A program made the translations under genes and the position numbers. The notes beneath the pieces were generated by a model. The model was not told the origin of the DNA. It saw only the letters and a list, made by a program, of their open reading frames with translations, and searched no databases. Shown piece after piece: positions 20,757 to 29,768 of a DNA stretch of 64,000 bases (its first letter is position 1; the number at the start of each line of letters is the position of its first letter). Source of the stretch: Anaerolineae bacterium (GTDB lineage: Bacteria; Chloroflexota; Anaerolineae; Anaerolineales; E44-bin32). The stretch covers positions 338-64,337 of the forward strand of contig JAUWHR010000005.1 of assembly GCA_030605795.1 (NCBI GenBank), read 5' to 3'.

Positions 20757-21809
20757 ATGAGCGCAGTTACAACATTTCTAGCACGTAGATGCGGCCACAC
20801 GAAACTAAACATCACAGACATCATCACCTACCTATACTTGTTTTTCGGTGTGGTTATCATGTTTGGACCTATATTATGGCTGGTGTTGTCTTCGTTTAAA
20901 ACTGCAGCTGAAGTCATCAAATTCCCCCCTCGTCTGTTACCCTATCGCCAAGACACCATTGTGGTCGAAGGGTATGACGATCCGCTTCCCTTGTTTGAAG
21001 TCACGCTTGATGACGGGTCCACAATCAAACTGGCGCAGGTGCGCCGCATTGGCCTGGAAGGGCAGATGATTGATCCAGCCAATCCTGGCGAAATCATAAA
21101 AGTCCACATCAACGACCGCAAACCGATCGAGTCTGTCGTCTTTGGTTTGGAAAATTACATTGAAGGCGTGCAAAGTTTTAACTTTGGAAGGTATCTCCGT
21201 AACAGTGTAGTTGTAACTGTATTTGCGACGATCTTGACGCTGCTTATCAACAGCATGGCAGCCTTTGCACTGAGCAAATACCGATTCCGAGGACGTACGA
21301 CGATCTTTCTTATCATGATCGGCACGCTCATGGTGCCCCTCTCTGTTGTTCTTGTGCCCGTGTTTTTGGTAATCACGAAGGTCGGCTGGAATAACAACCT
21401 GTTGGGTGTGATTGTGCCAGGTGCAGCCACGCCCACAGGCGTTTTCTTACTGCGGCAGTACATGCTCACCATCCCTGATGAGTTGATCGATGCGGCGCGT
21501 ATTGATGGCGCTAGCGAGTGGCGCATTTACTCACAAATTATTCTGCCGCTTGCACGCCCTGCTCTGGCCGTGTTGACAATCTTTTCGGTGATGTGGCGCT
21601 GGAACGACTTTCTCTGGCCCCTCATTGTATTAAGTCGTAGCGAGTTCTTCACCCTCCAAGTCGGCCTCAACTCATTCCAAGGTGAACTGAACGTCCAATG
21701 GCATCTGATCCTTGCCATGACGATGCTGACGTTGTTGCCGATTACGGTTGTGTTCGCCTTCTTGCAAAGGCATATCACAACGGGTATTGCCACAACGGGC
21801 TTAAAGTAA
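20757..21809 (+). CDS. Sugar ABC transporter permease (MalG/UgpE-like)
   Basis: 350 aa. EAA loop DAARIDGASEWRIYSQIILPLARPAL. An unusually long periplasmic insert after TM1. Confidence 0.85.
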   Translation: MSAVTTFLARRCGHTKLNITDIITYLYLFFGVVIMFGPILWLVLSSFKTAAEVIKFPPRLLPYRQDTIVVEGYDDPLPLFEVTLDDGSTIKLAQVRRIGLEGQMIDPANPGEIIKVHINDRKPIESVVFGLENYIEGVQSFNFGRYLRNSVVVTVFATILTLLINSMAAFALSKYRFRGRTTIFLIMIGTLMVPLSVVLVPVFLVITKVGWNNNLLGVIVPGAATPTGVFLLRQYMLTIPDELIDAARIDGASEWRIYSQIILPLARPALAVLTIFSVMWRWNDFLWPLIVLSRSEFFTLQVGLNSFQGELNVQWHLILAMTMLTLLPITVVFAFLQRHITTGIATTGLK

Positions 21810-21829
21810 ACGACCATAATCAAAACCAG

Positions 21830-23008
21830 ATGGCAGAAGGCATTTTTTCAAATCCCATTTCCATTCCTGTAGAGACAAAGAACGGCTCATTGTTGGCCGA
21901 GGAGAACCGCTTTATCTGCTTACCTGGGTGTGGTCTCTGCTGTTCCTATCGAGTTCTTCTGACCGAGGAGGACAAGCAGAGGTTGATGGCCGCCGGGTAT
22001 GTGAAGAAGGCATCGGAACTATGGGAGACGACCGCCAACAGCGGAACAGCCCTTTGTCGCACGCCAGATTTTTGTCTCTTCCTAGACCCGCAACAAAGGT
22101 GCGGCGCGTATGACTTCCGCCCGGAACAATGTCGCACCTATCCGTACCTGTGGACCAGTTACCTTCGAAAGGAACTGGATGTGGATTTAAGTTGTCCAGG
22201 GCTGGGGCAAGGTGAAAGTACTCCACTGGCATTGCACCAAATTCTGGGTGAGGGCTCGCCACGACTGTCACCGCTGGATGTAGCGATTGGGGAAATTCAT
22301 GCTTTGCTACGCTCCCATGGTTGCTACGCTACACCGGATGCACTTGTGGCAATGGGAATACAATGCATCGAGGAGCTCACTAAAAGTTGGACATCAAACC
22401 GCCATCGCGGGACAATGAGCCTATATGTGAGCCAACTGTCACCGCTACTCGAGAATGCTGAGAAAGGGGATGTTGCCACTAAACTATGGTCAGGTTTTCG
22501 CGTCATCCCTTGTTCCGTTGAGCAACTACTCGCAGACGCGAACTTCATAGGGCGGCATTTTTCGCGACCGCGCTGGAATACACGGCTTGAAAGCGATGGC
22601 TCGGTTGTGTTGTATCGATTCTGGATCTTGGATGGTATTCTTCATGTGAAGGATCGGGGCGAAACGCAACGGGAAATCTTACTAGCTGAAATCGAGGCGA
22701 TCGCCTGGAAAGCAGAGGCGCTTGCCACCCGCCGAGCATATCTCTATCGCTGGTTGAATCGGCAACTGTCGTTGCGCCTAGCGTACAATATGACTGTGGC
22801 CAACTTGATCCAGGGTAGTCATACAACGCTCTGCTACCTCGAATTCATCCTGGAGATTGACCACCGGCTGGTGGTGCTAGCCTCGGCGTTGGCACGAGCC
22901 GGTGGAAAGGATGAGATAGATCGTGAAGTCGCAATTGAGGCCATCCGCGGCAGCGATGGCTTGTTGCGGGCCTGGTGCGAAAGCGCCCGATTGGGCGTAA
23001 CAAACTGA
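21830..23008 (+). CDS. YkgJ-type Cys-rich (CxxCxxCC) zinc/iron-chelating domain protein with long C-terminal extension
   Basis: CLPGCGLCCSYRVLLTEEDKQRL..CRTYPY resembles the UPF0153/YkgJ domain. ATG 21830 preferred; track start 21698 lies inside the permease gene. Confidence 0.5.
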   Translation: MAEGIFSNPISIPVETKNGSLLAEENRFICLPGCGLCCSYRVLLTEEDKQRLMAAGYVKKASELWETTANSGTALCRTPDFCLFLDPQQRCGAYDFRPEQCRTYPYLWTSYLRKELDVDLSCPGLGQGESTPLALHQILGEGSPRLSPLDVAIGEIHALLRSHGCYATPDALVAMGIQCIEELTKSWTSNRHRGTMSLYVSQLSPLLENAEKGDVATKLWSGFRVIPCSVEQLLADANFIGRHFSRPRWNTRLESDGSVVLYRFWILDGILHVKDRGETQREILLAEIEAIAWKAEALATRRAYLYRWLNRQLSLRLAYNMTVANLIQGSHTTLCYLEFILEIDHRLVVLASALARAGGKDEIDREVAIEAIRGSDGLLRAWCESARLGVTN

Positions 23009-23017
23009 CAAATTGAA

Positions 23018-24211
23018 ATGACAGGAGGTCATCGTAGAATGAGTAATAAAACTATCACACGCCACATGCGCAAGATGAGTGCCTGGGAAAAGAATCTATT
23101 GGGGGTGACTGTCGACAAAGTCCCCACCCTGGTGCCAGGGCTGGTGGCCGCCATCCTACTCGCCTGGCTGAGCATCTGGTTGAGCAAGTTCATCGGTGTT
23201 ACGTTGCTGGATTTCGAAAAGACCCCTATTTCGCCGGTGATGTTGGCCATCCTTCTAGGTCTGATCATCAGCACGGTCATTCCGATGCCCAAGGTGCTTA
23301 AGCTCGGTCTCACCTTTGCCGTAAAAAAGGTCTTACGCCTGGGCATCATCATGCTGGGCATTCGCCTGACCATCTTTGACGTGTTCAAGTTGGGCGTATA
23401 CGGCGTGCCCATTGTCGTCATCTGCATTCTGGGCGCGCTTTTTTTCACTACCCGCATCAACAAGTGGTTCAAACTGCCCGAGCGGATGGGCACCCTCATT
23501 GCCGTCGGCACCTCCATCTGCGGTGTCTCGGCCATTGTCGCCACTGGCCCGGCTATCGAGGCCGAGGACGAGGAAGTGGCTTACGCCGTGGCGGTGATTA
23601 CCATTTTCGGGCTACTGGCGACCCTCGTCTACCCCTACGTCGCCCACGCGATCTTTGCTGGTAACGCGCTCAAGGTGGGACTCTTCCTGGGTACATCGAT
23701 CCACGACACATCTCAGGTGGTCGGTTCTGCGACGGTTTACACCGACGTGTTCTTGGCACCGCTGGCCCTCGACACGGCAACGGTCACCAAGCTGGTGCGC
23801 AATGTATTCATGGCCGCGGTAATCCCTTTCATGGCCCTCTACTACACACGCAAGACACAGGGCGAGTCGGCTGGCAAGAAGACCAACTTTCTCAAGCTGC
23901 TGCCCCTCTTCATCCTGGGGTTCCTGACCATTGCGGTGATCCGCTCCATCGGCGACGCCATGCTCAACACTGGTGGCAATGCCTTCGGGTTGTGGGATGC
24001 CGAAAGTTGGCACGACATCTATACCTTTGTCAAGATGTGGGCAGGATACTTTTTGGTCATAGCCCTAGCAGGCGTCGGGCTGAACACCAATTTCCGCACG
24101 TTCAAGGTATTGGGTATCAAGCCCTTCCTTGTCGGCCTAGGTGCAGCGTTGGTGGTCGGCATTATGAGCTATATCGCCATCTCCCTGCTGGGGAGTTTCG
24201 TGACGCTCTGA
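23018..24211 (+). CDS. yeiH: YeiH/UPF0324-family membrane protein (family often annotated as putative sulfate exporter)
   Basis: 397 aa, about 10 TM. LRLGIIMLGIRLT, IAVGTSICGVSAIVATGPAI and LGTSIHDTSQVVG align by eye with E. coli YeiH (LRLGIILYGFRLT, IGAGSSICGAAAVLATEPV, IGSTVHEVAQVV). Confidence 0.75.
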   Translation: MTGGHRRMSNKTITRHMRKMSAWEKNLLGVTVDKVPTLVPGLVAAILLAWLSIWLSKFIGVTLLDFEKTPISPVMLAILLGLIISTVIPMPKVLKLGLTFAVKKVLRLGIIMLGIRLTIFDVFKLGVYGVPIVVICILGALFFTTRINKWFKLPERMGTLIAVGTSICGVSAIVATGPAIEAEDEEVAYAVAVITIFGLLATLVYPYVAHAIFAGNALKVGLFLGTSIHDTSQVVGSATVYTDVFLAPLALDTATVTKLVRNVFMAAVIPFMALYYTRKTQGESAGKKTNFLKLLPLFILGFLTIAVIRSIGDAMLNTGGNAFGLWDAESWHDIYTFVKMWAGYFLVIALAGVGLNTNFRTFKVLGIKPFLVGLGAALVVGIMSYIAISLLGSFVTL

Positions 24212-24241
24212 CCTAATACGTAAACGGGAAGGAGTTTAGAC

Positions 24242-25258
24242 ATGGTTAAAGTAGGCGTAGTCGGTTTCGGTACTATCGGCGAGCGTATCGCCGACGGCAT
24301 CGCCAAGCAGAAAGATATGGAACTGGTCGGCGTGGTCGACGTGGCTCCTTCGCTACCGGTGCGCGCCTTGGTCGAGTCGGGCCGGGGGTATCCGATTTAT
24401 TGCAGCTTACCGGAGCGCATCCCGACGATGGAGCAGGCCGGTATCCCCATCACCGGGACGCTAGACGACCTGCTGGAGCAGGTGGACATGGTCTGCGACG
24501 CCACCTCGCCGGGCATCGGTATGAGGAACAAGGAGATCTATAAGAAGCACGGCGTCCCGGCCACGTTCCAGGGTGGGGAGAAGCACGAGATCAGCCCCAT
24601 CTTGTTCAGCAGCACAGCCAACTACGACGCGGCCAAGGACATAGATTACATCAAGCTGGTCTCCTGCAACACGACCGGAATCGTCCGGACTGTTGTGGCT
24701 ATGGACGACGCCTTTGGAGTGGAAAAGTCGGTGGCCACCATCGTCCGCCGCGCCGCCGACCCCTCGGAGATCCACAAAGGGCCGATTGACGCCGCTATTC
24801 CGAGCAAGGTTCCCGCGCACCAGGCCACCGACCTGATGCGGGTGTTGCCCCACGTGGACGCGATGGGCTTTGTCATCACTGTGCCCACCACCCACGGTCA
24901 CGTCATCGCCATGCACGTGACGCTGAAGAGCGAGATCACTACCGAGAACGCGCTGGAGGTGTTCCGCCAGGGACGGCGCATCTGCACCTTCCGCATGGAG
25001 GACGGCTTCCTGTCCAACACCCACATCTTTGACTACCTGCGCGACTTGGGCGTTCCCCGCGCCGACATGTACGAAGTCGGCATTTGGAAGGAAACGGTTC
25101 TGGCACGAGGCCGTGACCTGTACTGGATCCACAACATCCCCCAGGAGGCCATCGTCATCCCGGAGACCATCGACGCCATCCGCGCACGGATGGGCATGCA
25201 GGCCGACAAGTGGGACGCGGTGGATGCCACCGACCGCTACTTGGGCATTGCTAAGTAG
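24242..25258 (+). CDS. gap: Archaeal-type (type II) phosphorylating glyceraldehyde-3-phosphate dehydrogenase family
   Basis: 338 aa. VGFGTIGERIADGIAKQKDMELVGV, FQGGEKHE, catalytic VSCNTTG and IVRRAADP closely follow archaeal GAPDH, not the bacterial GapA pattern. Confidence 0.85.
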   Translation: MVKVGVVGFGTIGERIADGIAKQKDMELVGVVDVAPSLPVRALVESGRGYPIYCSLPERIPTMEQAGIPITGTLDDLLEQVDMVCDATSPGIGMRNKEIYKKHGVPATFQGGEKHEISPILFSSTANYDAAKDIDYIKLVSCNTTGIVRTVVAMDDAFGVEKSVATIVRRAADPSEIHKGPIDAAIPSKVPAHQATDLMRVLPHVDAMGFVITVPTTHGHVIAMHVTLKSEITTENALEVFRQGRRICTFRMEDGFLSNTHIFDYLRDLGVPRADMYEVGIWKETVLARGRDLYWIHNIPQEAIVIPETIDAIRARMGMQADKWDAVDATDRYLGIAK

Positions 25259-25281
25259 CAGCCGCCAGCTGGTTGGTTGAC

Positions 25282-26550
25282 ATGAGCCTGGAAGTTCTAA
25301 CCCTCGACGACTTTGAGCTGCAGGACCGGACCGTCTTGCTGCGGGTAGACATCAACTCGCCGGTGGACCGCCAGACGAAGGTCATCAAGGACGACACGCG
25401 CATCCGCCGTTGCCTACCGACCATTCGTGAGCTGGCCGAGCGCGGCGCGCGGACGGTAATACTGGCACATCAGGGGGACCCGCTCGACTACCAGAACTTT
25501 ACCCCGCTGGCCCAGCACGCCGAGTTGCTGTCTCAACTGCTGCAGCGATCGGTCGAGTACCTGGACGACGTGGCTGGGCCAGCGGCCCGCGAGCGCATCC
25601 GCGCCCTGCATGACGGCGAGATCCTCCTGCTCGAGAACGTGCGCATCCACACCGAGGAGACCATCATCTTCGAGGAGGAGGTGCGTCTCAGCCCGGCAGA
25701 ACAGGCGGATACCTATGTGGTGCGCAACCTGGCGCCCCTGGCTGACTTATATGTCTGTGACGCCTTTGCCGCCGCTCACCGTTCTGAACCGACGCTGACC
25801 GGATTCCCACAGGTCATGCCCGCTGCCGCGGGGAGGCTGTTCGAGGAGGAGCTGAGGGTGCTCACCCAGGTGCGGGGTCAACCCGAACGGCCTTGCCTAT
25901 TCTTGCTGGGAGGGGCGAAGATCCTCGACGCCTTCAAGATGATGCGTGCGGCTCTCGAATCGGGCACGGTCGATGGCTTGTTGACTGTCGGATTGACAGG
26001 CGAGATCATGCTCATCGCCGCGGGATACGACCTGGGTAAAAAAACATATGGTTTCCTAGAGTCGAAGAATTTACTTAGCTTTGTTGAACCATCTAAAGAA
26101 CTGCTTGACGCCTTCGGCGATCGCTTGCACTACCCGCTTGATGTGGCTGTAAAAAAAGACGAAGGCCGAGAGGAGCTCCTTTGCGATGGACTACCAGCAT
26201 CCGAGTTGATAGCAGACATTGGGCAACTTACGATCGAGGACTATCGAGCGCGAATCACCGCAGCGCAGACCATCTTTGTGAATGGCCCGGCTGGAGTCTA
26301 TGAAGAGGACCCCTTCGCCATCGGCACCCGCGCCCTGTGGGAGGCGATGGCGGCCTCGGATGCCTTCACTGTCATCGGCGGCGGAGATAGCATTGCCGCG
26401 GCCCGCAAGTTCGGCGTGTTGGATGGATTCTCCTATGTCTGCACAGCGGGTGGTGCTCTGGTGCGCTTCTTGGCCGGGGAGCCGCTACCGGTAGTCATCG
26501 CCTTGGAAGAAGCCGCCGTCCGGCATCGAGGGGAGGCTGGTGCGAGATGA
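25282..26550 (+). CDS. pgk: Phosphoglycerate kinase family, archaeal-like
   Basis: LTLDDFELQDRTVLLRVDINSPV..DDTRIRR..ILAHQGDP is the archaeal PGK N-terminal pattern. C-terminal GGGDS and TAGGA. Stop overlaps the next start (ATGA). Confidence 0.85.
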   Translation: MSLEVLTLDDFELQDRTVLLRVDINSPVDRQTKVIKDDTRIRRCLPTIRELAERGARTVILAHQGDPLDYQNFTPLAQHAELLSQLLQRSVEYLDDVAGPAARERIRALHDGEILLLENVRIHTEETIIFEEEVRLSPAEQADTYVVRNLAPLADLYVCDAFAAAHRSEPTLTGFPQVMPAAAGRLFEEELRVLTQVRGQPERPCLFLLGGAKILDAFKMMRAALESGTVDGLLTVGLTGEIMLIAAGYDLGKKTYGFLESKNLLSFVEPSKELLDAFGDRLHYPLDVAVKKDEGREELLCDGLPASELIADIGQLTIEDYRARITAAQTIFVNGPAGVYEEDPFAIGTRALWEAMAASDAFTVIGGGDSIAAARKFGVLDGFSYVCTAGGALVRFLAGEPLPVVIALEEAAVRHRGEAGAR

Positions 26551-27551
26551 ACAAGCTGACAAGTTGGCCGGAAACACGCGGTTTTCGCATCCTGGGGCTG
26601 ACCTATGGTCTCGCCTCAAACAATGGTGAGTTAATCCACAACCCGGTCCACTTCGAACCAGGTGAGATCTACACTCAGATCACCAACTGGGAGAAGCTAG
26701 AATATATTGATTATGGGCCAGGCATGAATGCCTATTGTCACCTGCTGGATGACCCTGATCTCCCATTCGAGATCATCGCCGATGAAAAAGAGCTATTCAT
26801 CCAGGGTGACCTAAGTCGCCTCGAACGAGATGGCAAGGATAAGCGTTGGAACATACTGGGGAACATTGGTATCTGGTTCCGCTACGCTTTGGCCACCCAG
26901 GAACGGCATGGCATCTATAGTTTCCATGCCTCGTCAATTTACAAGCCACAGGAAAACGAATTGCTGGTGATCGTTGGAAAAGGAGGGGTGGGGAAAACGG
27001 TCTACTTGCTTGAATCGCTTACCCAAAGCTATCAAATCTTCAGCACAGAGATGACTTACTTCCGGTACGTACCGGAGGGTGTGGTTTTCTACCGGGGTGC
27101 GCTGATGGATAACATTCGAGTGGGGAGTTTTTTATACGATTTCCCCGAGGCGGCAGAGCGCCTATGCCTGGATTTGCCACAAGTTGCAAATCCCTGGGAG
27201 GCCAAGATCAGCGTGGATATGCACTCGATAACGACTGCTAAGGATGAATTGCTCAACCCAAAGCTGTCCTTTATATTCCCCCGAATTGAGGCAGGGTACG
27301 AGCACTCGATTATAGAGAATGTAGCCCTTCCGCGAACGTTGACCCGGTTATTGTTTGATAGTGCTTCCGAAAAGATCGGTAGTACGATACTGATGTATGA
27401 GGAATTGCCAGCCGTTGGATTAGACACCCCTGCACTGGCCCAAGCCCGTTGGCAGGCGGTCTCGAGGTTGGTGGCTGCTCCCCAATGGGAAATCAAACAA
27501 GCCAGGAGGATCCTGGCTGGACCAAAATCCTGCATGGAAGGAATTGATTAA
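26547..27551 (+). CDS. HprK-like/PEPCK-like P-loop kinase-fold protein, substrate unknown
   Basis: 334 aa. FHASSIYKPQENELLVIVGKGGVGKTVYLLESL resembles the H-x-S..G-x-G-K-(S/T) core of HPr-kinase-related kinases. Coupled to pgk upstream and comA downstream. Confidence 0.45.
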   Translation: MNKLTSWPETRGFRILGLTYGLASNNGELIHNPVHFEPGEIYTQITNWEKLEYIDYGPGMNAYCHLLDDPDLPFEIIADEKELFIQGDLSRLERDGKDKRWNILGNIGIWFRYALATQERHGIYSFHASSIYKPQENELLVIVGKGGVGKTVYLLESLTQSYQIFSTEMTYFRYVPEGVVFYRGALMDNIRVGSFLYDFPEAAERLCLDLPQVANPWEAKISVDMHSITTAKDELLNPKLSFIFPRIEAGYEHSIIENVALPRTLTRLLFDSASEKIGSTILMYEELPAVGLDTPALAQARWQAVSRLVAAPQWEIKQARRILAGPKSCMEGID

Positions 27552-28353
27552 AATGGGTAAGAAAGCATGGGAAGGCGTGTTCAGCATGCCTCAACCAGGA
27601 CGCAGCATGAAGCCGCGCACCAACGGCTTCACGATGGTGTTGGACAAGGGTCTGGGCCGTTATCAAACCGAGGACCTTATGGCGACCGCCTCTGACTATA
27701 TCGACTTTGTGAAGTTCTCCTTCGGCACGTCGGCTTTCTATGACGAGCAGGTCCTACGCGAGAAGGTCGAGATCGTGACCGGCGCTGGCGTGGGCATTTA
27801 TCCCGGTGGAACGTTCCTGGAAGTGACCGTGTGGCAGGATAGTTATGCTGACTATCTGCGGCGCGCTAAGGAGTTGGGCTTCACTGCGATCGAGGTATCC
27901 GACGGCACATTGCAGATGTCAGACGAGGTGCGCGCCGACTGCATCAAGCGCGCCCTGGATGCCGGCTTCGAGGTCATCACCGAGGTGGGCAAAAAGAGTC
28001 CTGACGAGGAGGTGGCCGTGGCCGAGATGCACCGGCTCATTGCCCACGATCTGGACCTGGGGGCGCTCCTGGTCATCGTCGAGGCCCGCGAGGCCGGCAA
28101 GGGCGTGGGCATCTTCGACAAGTCCGGCGCGGTGAACGAGAGCCAGGTGGATCAGATTATCTCCGGTGTGGATGACCTAGACAAGCTGATGTGGGAAGCG
28201 CCGATCAAGAACCAGCAGCAGTACCTGATCTTGCGCTTCGGCAATAATGTCAACCTGGGGAATATCCCCACCACCGACGTGCTGGCCTTGGAGGCCTTGC
28301 GCCAGGGGTTGCGCGGAGACACACTCAAGCGGGCGTTGCAGCAGGGGTTGTAA
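27544..28353 (+). CDS. comA: (2R)-phospho-3-sulfolactate synthase ComA family
   Basis: Near full-length by-eye match to methanogen ComA: VLDKGL, DYIDFVKFSFGTSA, YPGGTFLE, GFTAIEVSDGT, EVGKK, EAREAGKGVGIFDK, NLGNI, LRQGLRGDT. The start may be ATG 27553. Confidence 0.85.
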   Translation: MIKMGKKAWEGVFSMPQPGRSMKPRTNGFTMVLDKGLGRYQTEDLMATASDYIDFVKFSFGTSAFYDEQVLREKVEIVTGAGVGIYPGGTFLEVTVWQDSYADYLRRAKELGFTAIEVSDGTLQMSDEVRADCIKRALDAGFEVITEVGKKSPDEEVAVAEMHRLIAHDLDLGALLVIVEAREAGKGVGIFDKSGAVNESQVDQIISGVDDLDKLMWEAPIKNQQQYLILRFGNNVNLGNIPTTDVLALEALRQGLRGDTLKRALQQGL

Positions 28354-28364
28354 CCACGTAGTGT

Positions 28365-28404
28365 GTATTGCGTGTTCCTTTACGCAATGTGCACTACGCA
28401 ATAC
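28365..28404. promoter_or_regulatory. Cluster of three TATTGCGT/ACGCAATA motif copies upstream of pfk-like gene
   Basis: GTATTGCGT (28365-28373), ACGCAAT (28382-28388) and ACGCAATAC (28396-28404). The outer copies form an inverted repeat. Confidence 0.4.
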
Positions 28405-28416
28405 GGAGCATAGTTC

Positions 28417-29661
28417 ATGAGCAAACCGTTACCCGACATCCTCGTTGTCGGCCAATCTGGCGGCCCAACGCCGGTGATCAACGCCAGCCTGGCGGGCGTG
28501 ATTAGTGAAGCGCAGAAGCACGATTGCTTCAGCGGCATCTACGGCCTGGTGCACGGTATCGAGGGCGCACTCAAGGAAGAGCTGCTCGATCTGAAGACTG
28601 AAACGGCCGCCAACCTCGAACTGCTGGCCCACACCCCGGCCTCGGCACTGGGATCCTGCCGTCACAAGTTATCCGACGACGACTATGACCGCATCCTGGA
28701 GGTCTTTGGCGGCCACAACGTGCGGCATTTCATCTACATCGGCGGTAACGACTCGATGGACACCTGTCACCGCATCGCGCAAGTGGCCGCTACATCTGGC
28801 TACGATATGCAGGTGATGGGTGTGCCCAAGACCATCGACAACGACCTGGCCTTCACTGACCACTGCCCCGGCTACGGTAGCGCAGCCCGCTTCCTGGCGC
28901 TGGCGACCCGTGATACTGGCCGCGACCTAGAAGCGATGGCGACCTTCGATGATGTGACTATCCTGGAGGCGATGGGACGTAACACCGGGTGGCTGACCGC
29001 TGCTTCTGTGCTGGGCAAGGAAACGGAGGATGAGGCCCCCCATCTTGTCTATGTGCCCGAGGTGCCTTTCGATGAACAGTGCTTCTTGGATGACGTGACC
29101 CGCGTCCACGACCGGTTGGGGTGGGTATTCGTTGTCGTCAGCGAAGGGATCCGGGATGCCGACGGCCAGTTTATCGGACAGCACAAGCTGAGAGGTGGCG
29201 GCAGCGATGCCTTTGGGCACGTCGTCCATTCCCTAACGACCGGTGTGGCTGCTTACCTCACAGACGTAGTCAGGGAAGGGTTAGGCTTACAAGCCCGTTT
29301 TCTACGTCCCAGCCTGATCGAGCGGGCGATGAGCGCCTGCGTATCCGAAACCGATCGGAAGGAGGCATGGCAGGTAGGCGTAGATGCTGTCACACACCTA
29401 GTTGCGGGTCGCAGCGGTTACATGGTCACGCTTGAACGCGTCTCGGATGATCCATATCATTGGGAAACCGGGCTAGCCTCATTGGATGAGGTCGCCAATG
29501 CCGAAAAGCTTCTCCCCAGTGATTTTATAAATAATGCCGGGGATATGCCCACCCAGCGCTTTAGGGATTATGGGCTACCGCTGATCGACGGCCCTCTATC
29601 GCACCTGGCCCGGTTGAGAGGGACACGGGTTCTAAAAAAAGTTAATCAAGGTACAGCTTGA
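28417..29661 (+). CDS. PfkA-family phosphofructokinase (ATP- or PPi-dependent, undetermined)
   Basis: 414 aa. GQSGGPTPVINAS, IGGNDSMDT and PKTIDNDL motifs. Confidence 0.85.
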   Translation: MSKPLPDILVVGQSGGPTPVINASLAGVISEAQKHDCFSGIYGLVHGIEGALKEELLDLKTETAANLELLAHTPASALGSCRHKLSDDDYDRILEVFGGHNVRHFIYIGGNDSMDTCHRIAQVAATSGYDMQVMGVPKTIDNDLAFTDHCPGYGSAARFLALATRDTGRDLEAMATFDDVTILEAMGRNTGWLTAASVLGKETEDEAPHLVYVPEVPFDEQCFLDDVTRVHDRLGWVFVVVSEGIRDADGQFIGQHKLRGGGSDAFGHVVHSLTTGVAAYLTDVVREGLGLQARFLRPSLIERAMSACVSETDRKEAWQVGVDAVTHLVAGRSGYMVTLERVSDDPYHWETGLASLDEVANAEKLLPSDFINNAGDMPTQRFRDYGLPLIDGPLSHLARLRGTRVLKKVNQGTA

Positions 29662-29768
29662 TTAATTAGGAATATCAATGCCTTCTTCTTACTCCCCCGT
29701 TGCTAGGGGTCATATGACCCAAATATAGACCCCCCCTAGCAGAATATAGCAATCGGAGGCAGCTAACC

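Noticed and set aside
21698-21829. Track start 21698 for the YkgJ-like gene and 6496 for the Xre antitoxin.
   Set aside because: Both extensions overlap the preceding gene in another frame and add non-homologous residues. Internal ATGs at 21830 and 6661 sit just after the upstream stops.
24461-25132. Long antisense ORFs inside GC-rich genes. Examples are 24461-25132, 18862-19317, 33166-33753, 12718-13260, 2032-2733, 23029-23544 and 42255-42605.
   Set aside because: Their composition is Arg/Gly/Pro/Ser-rich. Each lies fully inside a sense-strand gene with clear family motifs, so they are typical shadow ORFs.
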